This document shows, in pieces, positions 61,571 through 64,000 of a DNA stretch of 64,000 nucleotides. The notes beneath the pieces were generated by a model. The model saw only the letters and a program-made list of their open reading frames with translations, was not told the origin of the DNA and did not search any database. Source of the stretch: an uncultured delta proteobacterium (GTDB lineage: Bacteria; Desulfobacterota; Zymogenia; Zymogenales; Zymogenaceae); NCBI GenBank assembly GCA_963735595.1, contig CAVTLK010000001.1, positions 320,001 through 384,000 of the forward strand. The letters are read 5' to 3'. Every line of letters begins with the position of its first letter. Position 1 is the stretch's first letter. Both the position numbers and the translations under genes were made by a program.

Positions 61571-62959
61571 ATGTCCGATATCAAAGACATCGACTATGCA
61601 CGTGTGCTCAAAACGATCCTGCAAAACGGCGGAGAATATGCCGATATTTACGTTGAAAAGTCCGAGAGCACCTTTATTGTTTGCGAGGATAACAAAATCG
61701 AGAAGGTCATATCCGGCACGGATGCCGGCATAGGCCTCCGTTTGATCAGGAATTTCAAGACCGCTTACGCCTATACGAACGATCCTTCCGAATCTAACCT
61801 CACGTCTCTGGCCCGGGAGCTTGCTGACTCCTTTGGAACAAATCCGTTACCCGGTCCTGATATCGTTCTTTCCCGTTGTAAACCGCCGTTTCTGTTAACG
61901 GCCGCGATTGATCCGACCGACGTTGCCGTCAGCCGTAAAATCGAGTATGTCGTCCGCGCCAATGAAACTTCCCGCAACCGCAAGACAACACGGCAGGCAA
62001 AGGTCATCTATCGCGATTCGAAGAAGGACGTGACAATCGCCAACACTCTGGGAAATCTGACTTCCGAAGAAAAATCGGGCACAATCTTTGCCGTACATAT
62101 TGTAGCGCAGAAGGATGGTATTATCCAAACCGGTTACGAGCCGGTAGGTGGAACCCTCGGATTTGAGCTCTTCGATGAAAATCCTCCCGAGACGGTCGCG
62201 AATGCTGCTACGCAACGCGCCGAGTTGATGTTAGATGCCATACCTGCACCGGCCGGGAGATTCCCGGTCGTCCTTTCATCATCGGCCGGCGGTACGATGA
62301 TCCACGAGGCGGTCGGTCATGGTCTCGAGTCCGATCTGGCCGGTAAAATGCTTTCAGTATATTCAGGTAAAATCGGACAAAAGGTCGCCTCCGATTTGAT
62401 CACCGTGTTGGACGATTCCACCCTTCCCGGACGGCGCGGTTCCTTTACCTTCGATGATGAAGGAACTCCGTCCCAGCGGACGGTTCTCGTCGAAAATGGA
62501 GTCCTCGTCAATTTCATGTATGATAGGCTTTCCGCTCTCAAGGAAGGAAGACAAAGCACCGGAAATGGAAGGAGAGAGTCTTATCGTCACAAACCCATAC
62601 CCCGTATGACCAATACCATAATCGCGTCGGGCGCCCATAATCCCGATGAAATCGTTTCGTCTATTGACCGCGGGCTACTCGTTATAAAGATGGGGGGCGG
62701 GCAGGTCAACACCGTTAACGGCCAGTTCGTCTTCGAGGTGAGTGAGGGCTACATGATCGAGAAAGGCAAGGTCGGCGCGCCCGTGCGTGGCGCGATCCTG
62801 ACCGGTAAAGGACCCGAGGTCCTCAGCGAAATAGATATGGTCGGAAGTGATCTCGGTTTCGGTATCGGAACCTGCGGCAAAGACGGCCAGGGTGTTCCCG
62901 TTGCCGACGCCCAACCGACGCTGCGTATCCCCCAAATCACCGTCGGCGGCAGGGTGTAA
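61571..62959 (+). CDS. tldD: TldD metalloprotease
   Basis: HEAVGHGLE, FDDEG, STGNGRR, PRMTNT, GTCGKDGQ, QPTLRI. Confidence 0.93.
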   Translation: MSDIKDIDYARVLKTILQNGGEYADIYVEKSESTFIVCEDNKIEKVISGTDAGIGLRLIRNFKTAYAYTNDPSESNLTSLARELADSFGTNPLPGPDIVLSRCKPPFLLTAAIDPTDVAVSRKIEYVVRANETSRNRKTTRQAKVIYRDSKKDVTIANTLGNLTSEEKSGTIFAVHIVAQKDGIIQTGYEPVGGTLGFELFDENPPETVANAATQRAELMLDAIPAPAGRFPVVLSSSAGGTMIHEAVGHGLESDLAGKMLSVYSGKIGQKVASDLITVLDDSTLPGRRGSFTFDDEGTPSQRTVLVENGVLVNFMYDRLSALKEGRQSTGNGRRESYRHKPIPRMTNTIIASGAHNPDEIVSSIDRGLLVIKMGGGQVNTVNGQFVFEVSEGYMIEKGKVGAPVRGAILTGKGPEVLSEIDMVGSDLGFGIGTCGKDGQGVPVADAQPTLRIPQITVGGRV

Positions 62960-63131
62960 CAAAAGCGTCCGCCTGCCCATATTTTCGTCGCTATCATGGT
63001 GCTGAACATTCTTTCGTCGCCTTCTTCCGATAACCCTGTACTTCCCAATTGTGTGTCGTGATTTGCCGCCGTAGCGGCCTGCGTGCGCCCATATAATAGC
63101 AATACGACGAAGTCGCCCCGCTCCATCAAAT

Positions 63132-63160
63132 AAAAAACCGGTTCTCTTGAGAACCGGTTC
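63132..63160 (-). terminator. intrinsic terminator downstream of the acyl-CoA synthetase gene
   Basis: AACCGGTTC..GAACCGGTT inverted repeat preceded by an A-run on the plus strand, i.e. a U-tract on the minus strand. Confidence 0.7.
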
Positions 63161-63220
63161 TATCGATCCCAAACAGTGAGGGATCGTAGTCATTTTCCGC
63201 TTTTCGTTGCTTTCGTAATC

Positions 63221-63922
63221 CTATTTCTTCCCATTACCGAGAATGACCAGGGCGTCCACCGCCACGGGTTTATCCCCCGCGATGATGAGGGGATTGATAT
63301 CCAGTTCTTTAACTTCTTCATGTTCAAGGCCGATCTGGCCGACGGCTATCAGGGCTTTTGCCAGCACCGATCTATTAACCGCCGGTTTCCCCCTGAATTC
63401 GTCGAGTATCTTCTTAGCCTTTATCTCATCCATCATCTGCATGGCGTCAAACTCGGTCAGGGGCGCTACGCGGAATGACACGTCCCGGAGGATCTCGGTA
63501 TAGATCCCGCCGAGCCCGAACATGACGCAGGGGCCGAACTGAGGGTCGCGGGAAAGCCCGACAACAAGCTCCCTCTGCCCCTTGATCATTTCCTGTACGA
63601 GGATGCCGCCCTTCGGCACGACGCCGGTTTCCATGATGCGGTCATAGGCCTTACGCACCTCCTCTTCCGAGGAAAGATTCAGCTCGATGACGTTCATCTC
63701 GGTCTTGTGGGTGAGCTCGGGGGACTCCCCCTTGAGGACGACGGGAAATCCCATTGACTTAGCGATATTGACCGCCTCATCCGGGTTTGCCGCCATCTCC
63801 TCGCGCGTGACCGGTATGCCGTACGCCTTCAGGAAGAGTTTCGACTGGTGTTCGGACAGGTTCTTTTGTCCGTTCTTTACGGCCTGCGCAATTATGTCTT
63901 TGGCGGACTTATCCACGATCAC
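63221..63922 (-). CDS. ADP-forming acyl-CoA synthetase (acetate--CoA ligase) ATP-grasp/beta subunit
   Basis: LSEHQSK..AYGIP, GFPVVLK, HKTE, DPQFGPCVMFGLGG, ELDINP, AVDA. Confidence 0.92.
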   Translation of the reverse strand: MIVDKSAKDIIAQAVKNGQKNLSEHQSKLFLKAYGIPVTREEMAANPDEAVNIAKSMGFPVVLKGESPELTHKTEMNVIELNLSSEEEVRKAYDRIMETGVVPKGGILVQEMIKGQRELVVGLSRDPQFGPCVMFGLGGIYTEILRDVSFRVAPLTEFDAMQMMDEIKAKKILDEFRGKPAVNRSVLAKALIAVGQIGLEHEEVKELDINPLIIAGDKPVAVDALVILGNGKK

Positions 63923-63937
63923 TTCCCCCTTTCACAG

Positions 63938-63966
63938 TGAGGAGGGGGGGAATAATCCCCCCCTCA
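63938..63966 (-). repeat. intercistronic G/C-tract hairpin similar to the one at 17671-17700
   Basis: TGAGGAGGGGGGG-aataat-CCCCCCCTCA, between a probable upstream stop (63985) and the GTG start at 63922. Confidence 0.5.
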
Positions 63967-64000
63967 TACGATTCTCAGTATCGCCTATTTCATGTCCTTG

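Noticed and set aside
62675..63193. Minus-strand ORFs of 172 and 126 aa between tldD and the acyl-CoA synthetase gene
   Set aside because: They overlap the tldD 3' end antisense and have no motifs; the longer one also runs through a terminator.
1..64000. CRISPR arrays, IS elements, prophage, rRNA and selenocysteine/pyrrolysine recoding
   Set aside because: I saw no regularly spaced repeats, transposase, integrase or phage ORFs, or rRNA-like sequence. The gene breaks I examined are frame changes, not in-frame TGA/TAG at catalytic positions.

Overview
A 64 kb chromosomal segment, about half GC, whose gene content and order suggest an anaerobic deltaproteobacterium-like (Desulfobacterota-type) organism. 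I found no CRISPR array, prophage, integrase or transposase. From left to right it holds: (1) two Ddl-like ATP-grasp ligases and a GNAT; (2) mtaB-rnc-radical SAM-era-der; (3) a LIV-type ABC operon, led by an unannotated 55-aa lipoprotein and followed by a PUR/DUF3276 gene; (4) a convergent ~16 kb cassette iorA-iorB-paaK-ACT-LIV-paaK-like-LIV-paaK-like, in which two of the three PaaK paralogs lack catalytic motifs; (5) TPR, bactofilin, VanZ, DUF151, miaB, pgi and a Trbp111/CsaA gene; (6) a transaldolase with the Arg-Trp-Arg sulfofructose-transaldolase signature, next to a stand-alone ANTAR gene; (7) pfkB-queD-folE2-ATC-hydrolase-like-BKACE; (8) an orphan TolC, a His-less PAS sensor kinase, and an MMPL + B12 radical SAM pair; (9) rho-rpmE-DUF1385-prfA-prmC-murA-hisD; (10) a divergent ychF, tRNA-Gly/Cys/Leu, TPR, pgm, lysE, NUDIX-tldD and an ADP-forming acyl-CoA synthetase beta subunit. 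Many genes at roughly 2-10.5, 19.4-22.6, 26-29.2 and 40.6-41.4 kb are split by small indels, including essential genes, so these are most likely assembly errors. The best leads are the orphan sulfofructose-type transaldolase, the degenerate PaaK paralogs, the ddl-ddl-GNAT module, the stand-alone ANTAR protein and the pseudokinase. All calls come from recognising motifs by eye; no database search was run.
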